A stretch of DNA of 60,432 nt, taken from contig JAGVYC010000015.1 of the NCBI GenBank assembly GCA_018303485.1, forward strand, positions 1 through 60,432. Reading direction: 5' to 3'. Position 1 is the stretch's first letter. The number at the start of each line of letters is the position of its first letter. Both the position numbers and the translations under genes were made by a program. The notes beneath the pieces are model-generated. The model searched no databases, was not told where the DNA came from, and saw only the letters and a program-made list of their open reading frames with translations. This stretch comes from Candidatus Woesearchaeota archaeon (GTDB lineage: Archaea > Nanobdellota > Nanobdellia > SCGC-AAA011-G17 > JACPNG01). Shown piece after piece: positions 30,730-39,131 of this stretch.

Positions 30730-32502
30730 CTATTCAACAATCGCCTTTATTCTTCTAATGCCTGCTGCAACAGCCTCCTCTTTTAATATCTTGAATTTTC
30801 CAATCTCTATTGTATTATTGACATGGGGTCCAGCACATACCTCTTTTGAGTAATCTCCAACAATATAAACAGAAACTTTCTTAGCATATTTATCAACAAA
30901 TAGGGCCTGTGCTCCAAGCCTTTTTGCTTCATCCAAATTGATTTCTTTTCTTTCAATATTCAATCCAAGATTTATTACCTTATTGACCTCATCTTCAACA
31001 TCTTTAAGCTGCTTGTCAGTTAATTTTTTATCATAATTGAAATCAAACCTTAACCTCTCAGGAGTTATGTTGCTGCCCTTTTGTTTTATGCTTGGATCAA
31101 TAACATTTCTCAATGCCTGGTTTAGCAAATGAGTTGCTGTATGTAGCCTTGTTGTGACATAAGATATCTCTCCCAAGCCGCCTTTGAACTTCTTTTCAGA
31201 GCCAATCCTTGAAACATCCTGGTGCAGTTCATATTCCTTGTTAAAACCTTGAGCATCAACTTCAAGGCCTTTCTCTTTTGCAAGTTCTATTGTCATTTCT
31301 AATGGGAATCCAAAACTCTGGTATAATATGAAAGCATCCTTTGCATTTATTATTTTTTCATCAGCCTTTGCTATTTTATCAAATTCTTTTAATCCTCGCT
31401 CTAGGGTCTCCCTGAACCTCTCCTCTTCCTTTTGCATTTCATCAAGAATGAATTTTTTGTTATTCTCTAATTCATCATAATCTTCTTTGTAAAGTTCAAT
31501 TACAACATTGGCTATTTTAGCAGTAAAATCATTTTCAATGCCAATTAATTTCCCATGCCTTATGGCTTTTCTTATTAATCTTCTAATAACATAACCCTGG
31601 TCTATGTTTGATGGAGGAATCTGCTTTTCATCACCCAATATGAATGTTGCAGACCTTATATGATCTGCTATTATTCTTATAGATCTTTTTGTTTTTTCAT
31701 CATTGTAATTCTTTTTTGAAATTTCTTCTATCTTTTTTATTACAGGATTGAATATTGTTGTTTCATAATTGTCCTTTAACCCATTTATAACAGCCAATGT
31801 TCTTTCAACACCCATTCCAGTGTCAACATTCTTGTTTTTTAGCTCTTTATATTTGCCTTCTTTTGTTTTGTTGTACTGCATAAAAACATCATTCCAGATT
31901 TCGCACCAGTTTTCTTCATCATTTCCAGGGTTGCTTTCCTTAGATGGTCTATCATTTCCAATATAGTAAAACATCTCTGTATCTGGCCCGCAAGGCCCTG
32001 TTTCTCCAGCTGGCCCCCACCAGTTGTTTTTCTTAGGCAGATAAGTAATTCGTTCTTTTTTTATTCCAAGCTTTTTCCAGATTTCTGCTGATTCCTCGTC
32101 TTTAGGAGCATCTTTATCACCAGCAAAAACAGATATTCCTAATTTTTCAACTGGTATTCCTAAATCCCTTGTTAGGAATTCAAAGCTCCATTCAATTGCA
32201 TCTTTCTTGAAATAGTCTCCAAATGACCAGTTTCCAAGCATCTCAAAAAAAGTATGGTGAAAAGCATCTCCAACCTCATCTATATCAGAAGTCCTTATGC
32301 ATTTTTGTACACTAACCACTCTTTTTCCAAGAGGATGTTTCTGGCCAATTAAATAAGGCACTAAAGGATGCATCCCGGCTGTTGTAAATAATATAGAAGG
32401 ATCATTTTCAGGGATTAAAGACGCAGATCCAAGTACTTCGTGATTTTTGCTTTTAAAAAAATCCAGGTACTTTTTTATCAATTCCTGCCTAGTTTTTGTC
32501 AT
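30730..32502 (-). CDS. alaS: Alanine--tRNA ligase, short form lacking the C-Ala domain
   Basis: LFTTAGM, QKCIRT, HHTFFEMLGNWSFGDYFK, VDTGMGVER; editing motifs HTATH and CAGPH; the protein ends at GIRRIKA. Confidence 0.97.
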   Translation of the reverse strand: MTKTRQELIKKYLDFFKSKNHEVLGSASLIPENDPSILFTTAGMHPLVPYLIGQKHPLGKRVVSVQKCIRTSDIDEVGDAFHHTFFEMLGNWSFGDYFKKDAIEWSFEFLTRDLGIPVEKLGISVFAGDKDAPKDEESAEIWKKLGIKKERITYLPKKNNWWGPAGETGPCGPDTEMFYYIGNDRPSKESNPGNDEENWCEIWNDVFMQYNKTKEGKYKELKNKNVDTGMGVERTLAVINGLKDNYETTIFNPVIKKIEEISKKNYNDEKTKRSIRIIADHIRSATFILGDEKQIPPSNIDQGYVIRRLIRKAIRHGKLIGIENDFTAKIANVVIELYKEDYDELENNKKFILDEMQKEEERFRETLERGLKEFDKIAKADEKIINAKDAFILYQSFGFPLEMTIELAKEKGLEVDAQGFNKEYELHQDVSRIGSEKKFKGGLGEISYVTTRLHTATHLLNQALRNVIDPSIKQKGSNITPERLRFDFNYDKKLTDKQLKDVEDEVNKVINLGLNIERKEINLDEAKRLGAQALFVDKYAKKVSVYIVGDYSKEVCAGPHVNNTIEIGKFKILKEEAVAAGIRRIKAIVE

Positions 32503-32620
32503 GGCAAAATGAGAATTAGGAACTTATTTAAACTTTATGGTAATTTGTTGGAGTACAGCAGAAATTTTTTTGGTGGAATGTTTTTATAGTTGTAATTGAT
32601 TTGTTAGAATAATAAATTTG

Positions 32621-32983
32621 CTATAAATTATTAATCTTTTCTTTTAAAAGCTGCAGTTCTCTCTCTAATTTATCCATGTTAGCATCATTAGCATAATCTT
32701 TATTATGTTTTCTCGCTATTATCTTCCTATCTTTCCTGGAAGTTTCTTTTTTCATAAAGCTTGGCTCTTGGCTGCTTGGCATAAAATTCATAAGTTCTTT
32801 CATCTCGGTGCTTAATCTCTTTGTTGAAATTCTGAGCTTATTGACTTGTACAGTTTTTTTATTTCTTATTCTTTTTATATTCTCAATTCTTTTTAGCACA
32901 TTTATCAAATCAACATTTATATTCAGCATTTCTTTTCTATGAGAACTTGGATGTTCAATGCCGATATGCAAGTGCTCGTTCAT
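32621..32983 (-). CDS. Coiled-coil hypothetical protein
   Basis: 120-aa helical, heptad-rich ORF 6 nt downstream of the preceding gene. Confidence 0.7.
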   Translation of the reverse strand: MNEHLHIGIEHPSSHRKEMLNINVDLINVLKRIENIKRIRNKKTVQVNKLRISTKRLSTEMKELMNFMPSSQEPSFMKKETSRKDRKIIARKHNKDYANDANMDKLERELQLLKEKINNL

Positions 32984-32989
32984 GCTAAT

Positions 32990-33499
32990 TTATCTTCCAA
33001 ATAGCATCTTGTCTATGTTATTGATGCTTTCTCTGATATTGTCTATTTCACCATTGCATTTGTTTATCTCAGAATCTTCCTCTGATTTTAGCTCATTTAT
33101 CTTGCTTATGACCTTGCTTATATCTTCCAATTGGTATTTTATTTTTTCAATTTTTTCAATGGCTTCTTTGTATTTGTCTATTTTTATGAACAATGTTTTT
33201 TCTTGCTTGTAGACGTCAGTTGACATTGAAGGCTGTATTAATGGCTCTTCCATGTAGGGCATTCTAATTTCATCAGGCAGTTTAATGCTCGGCTCTTCTT
33301 TTATATGCATTGCTGCAAATGTAGGCTTTCTTAAGGGCATTGGCGGTCTTTCTTCTTGTTTTATAGCATATTTAATGGCACTAATGTCATCTGAAGAAAT
33401 CACGCTTTCATATTTTGGAAACTCTTCATGATATTGCGGAAAGCCAGGTTCTTTTCTAATGTCCTTCTGCTCTTCTTTTTTCTTTGAAAATAAACCCAT
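32990..33499 (-). CDS. Hypothetical protein with a Pro-rich linker and C-terminal coiled coil
   Basis: MGLFSKKK start, Pro/Glu-rich middle, LFIKIDKY followed by long heptads. Confidence 0.72.
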   Translation of the reverse strand: MGLFSKKKEEQKDIRKEPGFPQYHEEFPKYESVISSDDISAIKYAIKQEERPPMPLRKPTFAAMHIKEEPSIKLPDEIRMPYMEEPLIQPSMSTDVYKQEKTLFIKIDKYKEAIEKIEKIKYQLEDISKVISKINELKSEEDSEINKCNGEIDNIRESINNIDKMLFGR

Positions 33500-33632
33500 A
33501 TGTATAAACATCGATGGCGTCTTATTAAATATTTTGTATCATTACTCAATAGTTAAAATTTAAAGATATAAAAAACTATTTAAACCAGTTTCGGCTGTTC
33601 AATTTTCTACAAAAATTTATGGCATATATAAA

Positions 33633-34235
33633 ATGAAAATAACACCAAAGGATATAGAAGACCTTGTTGCAGACGTAGTGGGCAAAGACACATTGCAGGT
33701 TCTAAAACTTATTAAAAATAGAAAAAATGTTTCTGAATTCAAGATAGCAGAAAAAATGAAGATTAATGTCAACCAGGTAAGAAACATGCTTTACAGGATG
33801 AATGAATACGGCCTTGTTGGCTTTACCAGGAAAAAAGACAAGAAAAAGGGCTGGTACATTTATTATTGGACATTTAATGACAAGCAAGCAAAAAATCTCT
33901 ATACACATTTAAAAAGAAAAAAACTAGAGGCATTAAAATCAAGGCTTAACGACCCAAAAGAAGAAACATTTTATGTGTGCAAAATAGATTTTGTAAAATT
34001 TGATATTAATGGGTCATTAGATGTTGATTTCAAATGCCCTGAATGTGGCAAACTTCTAAAGGAAGAAAAAATAGTTCATGATTTTGACAGAATTAAAAAA
34101 GAAATTGAGATCCTAGAGCAGGAGTTAATTCAAAAGCCAAAAGTAATTCCTATAATAAAGCCCCCTAAAAAAAAGCAAAAGCAAAAACCAGTTTCAAAAT
34201 TCTCAAAATCCAAAAGAGCCAAAAAGTCCAGATAA
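33633..34235 (+). CDS. tfe: Transcription factor E (TFIIE alpha homolog)
   Basis: Winged helix EFKIAE...NQVRNMLY...GLV, GWYIYYW, and Zn ribbon FKCPECG. Confidence 0.92.
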   Translation: MKITPKDIEDLVADVVGKDTLQVLKLIKNRKNVSEFKIAEKMKINVNQVRNMLYRMNEYGLVGFTRKKDKKKGWYIYYWTFNDKQAKNLYTHLKRKKLEALKSRLNDPKEETFYVCKIDFVKFDINGSLDVDFKCPECGKLLKEEKIVHDFDRIKKEIEILEQELIQKPKVIPIIKPPKKKQKQKPVSKFSKSKRAKKSR

Positions 34236-34757
34236 AACCTTAAATCCATCAAATGGAGGTATTGGCAGCATATTGAAAATAAACAATATCATGTTAATTC
34301 TTTTTGTTGCATACAAAATTATTGATGCCTTTGCGTTATAATGCCTGTATTTTAGCAATAAAAAGGCGCCTATCCACAGCAGAAGGTTCATGAAAGGCCC
34401 CATAAAAGCTATTATCATTGATTGAACTGAAGTTGCATTTGCTATATTTACATATCCTGGCACGAACAGCAATAAAGGCGAGTTAATCAGCCTTAGCAAT
34501 ACACCTATGCCTAATCCAAGATAACTTGCAAAAAACTCCGCATTAATCCCAAAAGCTAGTGCAGTAAACTTATGCCCTAATTCATGCAGCAATACAGCAG
34601 GCGCAGCTATAGCTACAGCTATCTTAATATTGCCCCAGTCAAATCCTTTGTAAAAATCTTCTATGTCTTTCGGCAGTTTAATGCTGCTTGAAAATATATA
34701 GCCTAATGCAAATGTAACAACAACCAGCCTAAAAAATTCAATTAAAGAAATAATCAT
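34203..34757 (-). CDS. M50 family site-2 intramembrane metalloprotease
   Basis: HELGH, AFMGP..N and NMLPIPPFDG motifs. Confidence 0.92.
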   Translation of the reverse strand: MIISLIEFFRLVVVTFALGYIFSSSIKLPKDIEDFYKGFDWGNIKIAVAIAAPAVLLHELGHKFTALAFGINAEFFASYLGLGIGVLLRLINSPLLLFVPGYVNIANATSVQSMIIAFMGPFMNLLLWIGAFLLLKYRHYNAKASIILYATKRINMILFIFNMLPIPPFDGFKVLSGLFGSFGF

Positions 34758-34758
34758 C

Positions 34759-34890
34759 TTAAGAAGCTATATATGGTCCTTTCTTCTTCCCTTCGTACTC
34801 TTTAGGGTATTCATCCTCACCATAATCAATTTCGAATAGAAAGTCATTTAATTCCTCTTTCCAGCTGTCATCAAACTTTTTCATTTTCAT
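34759..34890 (-). CDS. Small acidic protein (43 aa, missed by the ORF track)
   Basis: MKMKKFDDSWKEELNDFLFEIDYGEDEYPKEYEGKKKGPYIAS*; its stop lies 1 nt before the M50 ATG; TATA-like TATTTAAA upstream. Confidence 0.55.
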   Translation of the reverse strand: MKMKKFDDSWKEELNDFLFEIDYGEDEYPKEYEGKKKGPYIAS

Positions 34891-34928
34891 AGGATTTGAT
34901 ATGGCACAAACATTTAAATAGCTTTCTT

Positions 34929-36095
34929 TTAAAAATTGCTTAATGTTTTTTGCTCTCTGATTTCTTTCAATAAAATGCTTTTATCAAAAAACATATTTGC
35001 TGGTATTTTCAGCCTGCTTTTAATGTTTTCAGCAGCTGATTTGAAGTCATTGAATTTCAATGGCTGTTTTCTCATTGCATTTCTTGTTACTTCTCTTAAA
35101 ATGCCGACTCCGCATGGTATTTCATAATCTTTTACTTCTCTTAAGACTAAGATAGAAGCCTGCCTTTTTATTTTGTCTAGATGCTCGCAGATGCCAAGAC
35201 GGTTCGAATAATACGCTCCAGTAACAGATGCAGCATAGGTTTTTCTTTTGTTATGGCTTTCATAATCCTGCCAGAATTGTATCATGTTGGAGTTGCTGTT
35301 GTATTTTGCTTCTATAACCTCGAAGCTAAAATGCCTCGGCATCAACAAAATTTCATAATGATTTCCAAGGTATTCATCATAAAAAACAAGGTATTCATTT
35401 ATTGCATTGTAATGCTTTATTTTTTCTATTAAGCTCTTCGATATCAGGTCATCAACAGCAGTTATGGACCATTTTGTCGGAACTAGCTTTCTCTGTATGT
35501 TTATACCTAGTAAGCCAGCAGAAAGTAGCTTGTTGATGTTTGATGCAGTAAAATTATGCTGGTAAAGGTCTAGTATTGCATCATTTGCTTTCATGTCGTT
35601 GTCGCCAACAATATATTCTACTCTTTTTTCAACTTTTGGATTTTCTTCCAAAACAGCCTTTTTTAATGGCGCAGGATTGAATATGGGCTTGTGAAAATTA
35701 TCCAGCTTGAAAGATAGGCCTGGCTTTTTCTTAAGCTCAAAATTAACATCAACAGGTTTCTTGGCCATGCTTACTTCCTGCATGACATTAGTAAGCTTAT
35801 TTCCATATTTTATATTGCTTACAAATCTTGAGTACACCATAGAAGCCCTATTCAGCAATATATCTCTTTCATTAAGCCTTGCTTTAAACCATTCTTCTGG
35901 ATCGCTTAATCTGTAGGAATATTCATCATGCTTTGCAGGAGATAAAATGCCAGTAAAAACATTGGGATAATTAAACTCCCCGACAAATATTTCAGGAGGG
36001 CTAGAGCCTGTAAAATTCAAGCTTATGTTCTTTAGCAAATCCCCCCTTATTTTATTAAGTGCTTCATAGTACTTGCTGTCTTTTTCTATTTTCAT
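34929..36095 (-). CDS. nreA: Nre-family DNA repair protein
   Basis: GSSPPEIFVG..NYPNV, LLSAGLLG....RKLVPTKWSITAVD, C-terminal PIP box QKTLSNF. Confidence 0.88.
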   Translation of the reverse strand: MKIEKDSKYYEALNKIRGDLLKNISLNFTGSSPPEIFVGEFNYPNVFTGILSPAKHDEYSYRLSDPEEWFKARLNERDILLNRASMVYSRFVSNIKYGNKLTNVMQEVSMAKKPVDVNFELKKKPGLSFKLDNFHKPIFNPAPLKKAVLEENPKVEKRVEYIVGDNDMKANDAILDLYQHNFTASNINKLLSAGLLGINIQRKLVPTKWSITAVDDLISKSLIEKIKHYNAINEYLVFYDEYLGNHYEILLMPRHFSFEVIEAKYNSNSNMIQFWQDYESHNKRKTYAASVTGAYYSNRLGICEHLDKIKRQASILVLREVKDYEIPCGVGILREVTRNAMRKQPLKFNDFKSAAENIKSRLKIPANMFFDKSILLKEIREQKTLSNF

Positions 36096-36126
36096 GATAT
36101 TAATAAGATATTAAGAAATAAAAAGC

Positions 36127-36951
36127 TTATCCTTTTCTTGGTATTCTCAGAACCATGCCTGTTTTAATTTTATCTATGTTTATATTTGGATTAAGTTTTG
36201 CGAATTTATCATAATTTTGCTCATTCCAAACACCATGTTTTAGAAGTATTCTGAATCCATTTTCACCTTTCTTTACCTTATACGATACATATTCTTTACC
36301 CACACTGTTTCTTTTTTCAGCATAATTGTTTGCAGCCATTGCCACACCCTCTTCCATTGTCTCTGGTTTTGTTTCAACAATTTTTCCATCATTGCTGCCA
36401 ACTCCAGCCATTCTCCAAGGGCTGCTGCCAAGAATTTTTTTAACATAATCTTTTGTTTCTGGTATGTTTGGAACTTTATTATCAGCTTCAAGAACCCTTT
36501 CTGGCCCTGCATTGTAAGCCGCCAATGCAAGCTCAAGATTGCCATTGAATCTTTTAAGTTGCTTTCCAAGGTATTGTATTCCACCTTTTATGTTTTCTCT
36601 AGGATCATATATGTCTTTAACACCAAGTTCTTCTGATGTTCCAGGCATTAATTGCATTAATCCTTTAGCGCCTTTTGGTGAGGTTGCACAAACTTCGTAA
36701 TTAGATTCTGCTCTTATTACATCTTTTATCAGTTTTTTAGAAACAGGATAAGCACCATATTGTCTGTTATGCCTTCTAACCTCTTCAGATATTATGTCGT
36801 CTATAGAAGGCTCTTTGTGTTTAATGTGCTTAATTATTATTTGAGCTGCATTTTCAGGTATTTTAGCCATATTCTTGTATTCAAGGTCCTTTATGTATTG
36901 GCCAAATAAAAAACTGCCTAAAACAGCTGCAGATATAATGCCCTTTTTCAT
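36127..36951 (-). CDS. Exported lytic transglycosylase (SLT/GH23) with a C-terminal LysM domain
   Basis: Catalytic AES, GAKGLMQLMP, DPRENIKGG..YL, ALAAYNAG and PETKDYVKKI motifs; LysM YKVKKGE...LNPNINIDKIKTGMVLRIP; hydrophobic N-terminus. Confidence 0.93.
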   Translation of the reverse strand: MKKGIISAAVLGSFLFGQYIKDLEYKNMAKIPENAAQIIIKHIKHKEPSIDDIISEEVRRHNRQYGAYPVSKKLIKDVIRAESNYEVCATSPKGAKGLMQLMPGTSEELGVKDIYDPRENIKGGIQYLGKQLKRFNGNLELALAAYNAGPERVLEADNKVPNIPETKDYVKKILGSSPWRMAGVGSNDGKIVETKPETMEEGVAMAANNYAEKRNSVGKEYVSYKVKKGENGFRILLKHGVWNEQNYDKFAKLNPNINIDKIKTGMVLRIPRKG

Positions 36952-37017
36952 AGAGAACTATATGAAAGTAATACTATATAAATCTTTCGCTTTGTTATTA
37001 TCTATAAGTGGTTACAA

Positions 37018-37203
37018 TTAATCTCTCAGATCTGAAAAGCTAAGCATAACTAACAATAAGCCAATTAAGCCAACAATTATGCCTACAGACCCTTTAATAA
37101 TATCCAACAGTTGCGGCCACCATTTCAATATGCCTAGCAATCCTAAAATGATAAACACCGCTCCAAGTATAATTTTAAATAAACCTACTGCTGCATTTGC
37201 CAT
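37018..37203 (-). CDS. Small 2-TM membrane protein
   Basis: Two hydrophobic helices; GGAGGT SD before ATG 37203. Confidence 0.7.
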   Translation of the reverse strand: MANAAVGLFKIILGAVFIILGLLGILKWWPQLLDIIKGSVGIIVGLIGLLLVMLSFSDLRD

Positions 37204-37289
37204 TTTTACCTCCATTAATGCCTTTTTATTGATATTATTTCTTTATAAAAATTTAGTTTTAAATTTATGCATATTTAAAGTATAGACTT

Positions 37290-37422
37290 TGTCCGAATAG
37301 TGCCCGAAAAGTCTTAATTATCTGACACCTTGATTGCTTTTCGGACAGAATCATGACTTTTCGGTCAAGAGCTACTTTATTAGACAAATCCTCTGACCAC
37401 ATGACCACAAAACCTTTTTAAA
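37290..37422. promoter_or_regulatory. Inverted-repeat operator-like array plus TATA between divergent genes
   Basis: TGTCCGAA/TTCGGACA (37290-37297/37340-37347), CCGAAAAGTC/GACTTTTCGG (37304-37313/37355-37364), 2x TGACCACA, then AAAACCTTTTTAAA. Confidence 0.5.
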
Positions 37423-37445
37423 CCATACCTATTATATATTAAATC

Positions 37446-38006
37446 ATGTTAAACAAGCAAGAATTTAAGAAAATAAAGAAAGAACTTGCAAAATTTGAAA
37501 CAGAGAGAGAAGCAGAAATTCAAAAATCAAGGGAGATAATAAGGTTTTCAAAATTAATTATATACGCCTTGCACAGAAATAGCATAAAAGAAGCAGCAGA
37601 CTATGTTAAAAAAATAAAAAACAAGGTAAAAGCACTTTCAAAAAATAATTATGACATGTCTCTTTCTAGTGTTGCCAAGCAGGAATATGTTGAAGCATTG
37701 TGCTATTATCATTTCATAAAAGATAGGAAAATACCAACAAAAAAAGAGCTAAATATTGATACAGAAACATATCTTCTTGGCATTTGCGATTTAACCGGCG
37801 AACTTGTAAGAAAAGCAGTTGATGATGCAATAAAAAGAAACTTTGGAAATACAATAGCCATTAAAGAGCTAGTCTCAGAAATCTACAGGGCTTTCTTGGA
37901 TTTCGACTTGAGAAACGGCGATTTAAGAAAAAAAGCAGATTCTATAAAATATAATCTCAAGAAACTTGAAGACCTTGTTTATGAGATCAAGACAAAGAGA
38001 CACTAG
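37446..38006 (+). CDS. Translin/TRAX (C3PO) family RNase
   Basis: QEYVEA, YLLGICDLTGELVR and LRKKAD motifs. Confidence 0.9.
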   Translation: MLNKQEFKKIKKELAKFETEREAEIQKSREIIRFSKLIIYALHRNSIKEAADYVKKIKNKVKALSKNNYDMSLSSVAKQEYVEALCYYHFIKDRKIPTKKELNIDTETYLLGICDLTGELVRKAVDDAIKRNFGNTIAIKELVSEIYRAFLDFDLRNGDLRKKADSIKYNLKKLEDLVYEIKTKRH

Positions 38007-39080
38007 TTATTTATACTCTTTCTTAACATCATCAAAATAATTCTTCTTTATTGATTTTCTTATTTCTTTCATCATCTCTTGTATGAAATGAACATTATGT
38101 ATTGAAACATACCTGAAAGCAAGAGGAACTTCTGATTTCAATAAATGCCTTAAGTATGCCTTGCTAAAGTTTTTGCAGAAATAGCAGGTGCAATCTTTTT
38201 CAATTGGACTCTTATCCTTTGCATAAATTCCTCTTAATATGTCTATTCTTCCATTTTTTGTAAATAAGCCGCCGTGCCTTGCTGTTCTTGTAGGAAAGCA
38301 GCTGTCAAATATGTCAATGCCATGGTCTACTGCATTTATGATTTCTTTTGGAGAGCCAATTCCCATCAAATACCTTGGCTTTTCTTTATTCAAATAAGGC
38401 AATGAGAAATCTATCATATTATACATTGCTTTTTTTTCTTCTCTAATTCCTAGGCCACCTAAAGCAATGCCATCAAAGTCCAGGCTATTGATGAATTTTG
38501 CACTTTTAACCCTTAATTTTTTGTCAATAGAGCCTTGTGTTATTCCGAACAATAATTGATTCTCGTTTTTATGAGCTTCTTTGCATCTTGCTGCCCATTC
38601 ATGAGTTCTTTTTACACAATTTGAAATGCTTCTGGAACTATTATGATGGGGAACATCGTCAAGTGCCATTGCAACATCAGAGCCAAGTGCATTTTGTATT
38701 TCTATTGCTCTTTCTGGCGTTAGCAGATGAACTTTCCCATCATATGGTGATTTGAAATAAAATCCACTTTCAGAAATCTTGTCATAAAAAAACTCGCTCA
38801 ACACCTGAAAACCACCAGAATCTGTAAAAATGACTTTGTCCCAGCTCATGAAGTTATGAAGGCCATTGAAATGACTTATGATTTCTAAACCTGGCTTCAA
38901 TGAAATCAGCAATGTATTTGTTATGATTGCATTTGTATTGTCAAGATCATCCTTGCTTAGATGTTTCATGGCAGCCTTAGTGGCAACAGGCATGAAAAAG
39001 GGCGTTTCTATAATACCATGGGCTGTTTTTAGCTTTCCTAGCCTTGCTTTTCCTTGTTCTGATACAATTTTAAAGACCAT
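38007..39080 (-). CDS. tgt: tRNA-guanine(34) transglycosylase, bacterial/eukaryotic (queuine) type
   Basis: TPFFMPVAT, TDSGGFQV, PRYLMGIG, GIDIFDS..PTR.ARHG and Zn site CTCYFC...HN; 357 aa with no PUA domain. Confidence 0.93.
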   Translation of the reverse strand: MVFKIVSEQGKARLGKLKTAHGIIETPFFMPVATKAAMKHLSKDDLDNTNAIITNTLLISLKPGLEIISHFNGLHNFMSWDKVIFTDSGGFQVLSEFFYDKISESGFYFKSPYDGKVHLLTPERAIEIQNALGSDVAMALDDVPHHNSSRSISNCVKRTHEWAARCKEAHKNENQLLFGITQGSIDKKLRVKSAKFINSLDFDGIALGGLGIREEKKAMYNMIDFSLPYLNKEKPRYLMGIGSPKEIINAVDHGIDIFDSCFPTRTARHGGLFTKNGRIDILRGIYAKDKSPIEKDCTCYFCKNFSKAYLRHLLKSEVPLAFRYVSIHNVHFIQEMMKEIRKSIKKNYFDDVKKEYK

Positions 39081-39098
39081 TATCAAGAAAGGAACAAC

Positions 39099-39114
39099 AA
39101 GGTTTATATACCTT
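39099..39114. promoter_or_regulatory. Near-palindromic bidirectional TATA box shared by tgt and aspS
   Basis: AAGGTTTATATACCTT; the TATA core is about 22 nt from each of the divergent ATGs (39080 and 39132). Confidence 0.6.
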
Positions 39115-39131
39115 TTTTAAACCGCATTATT

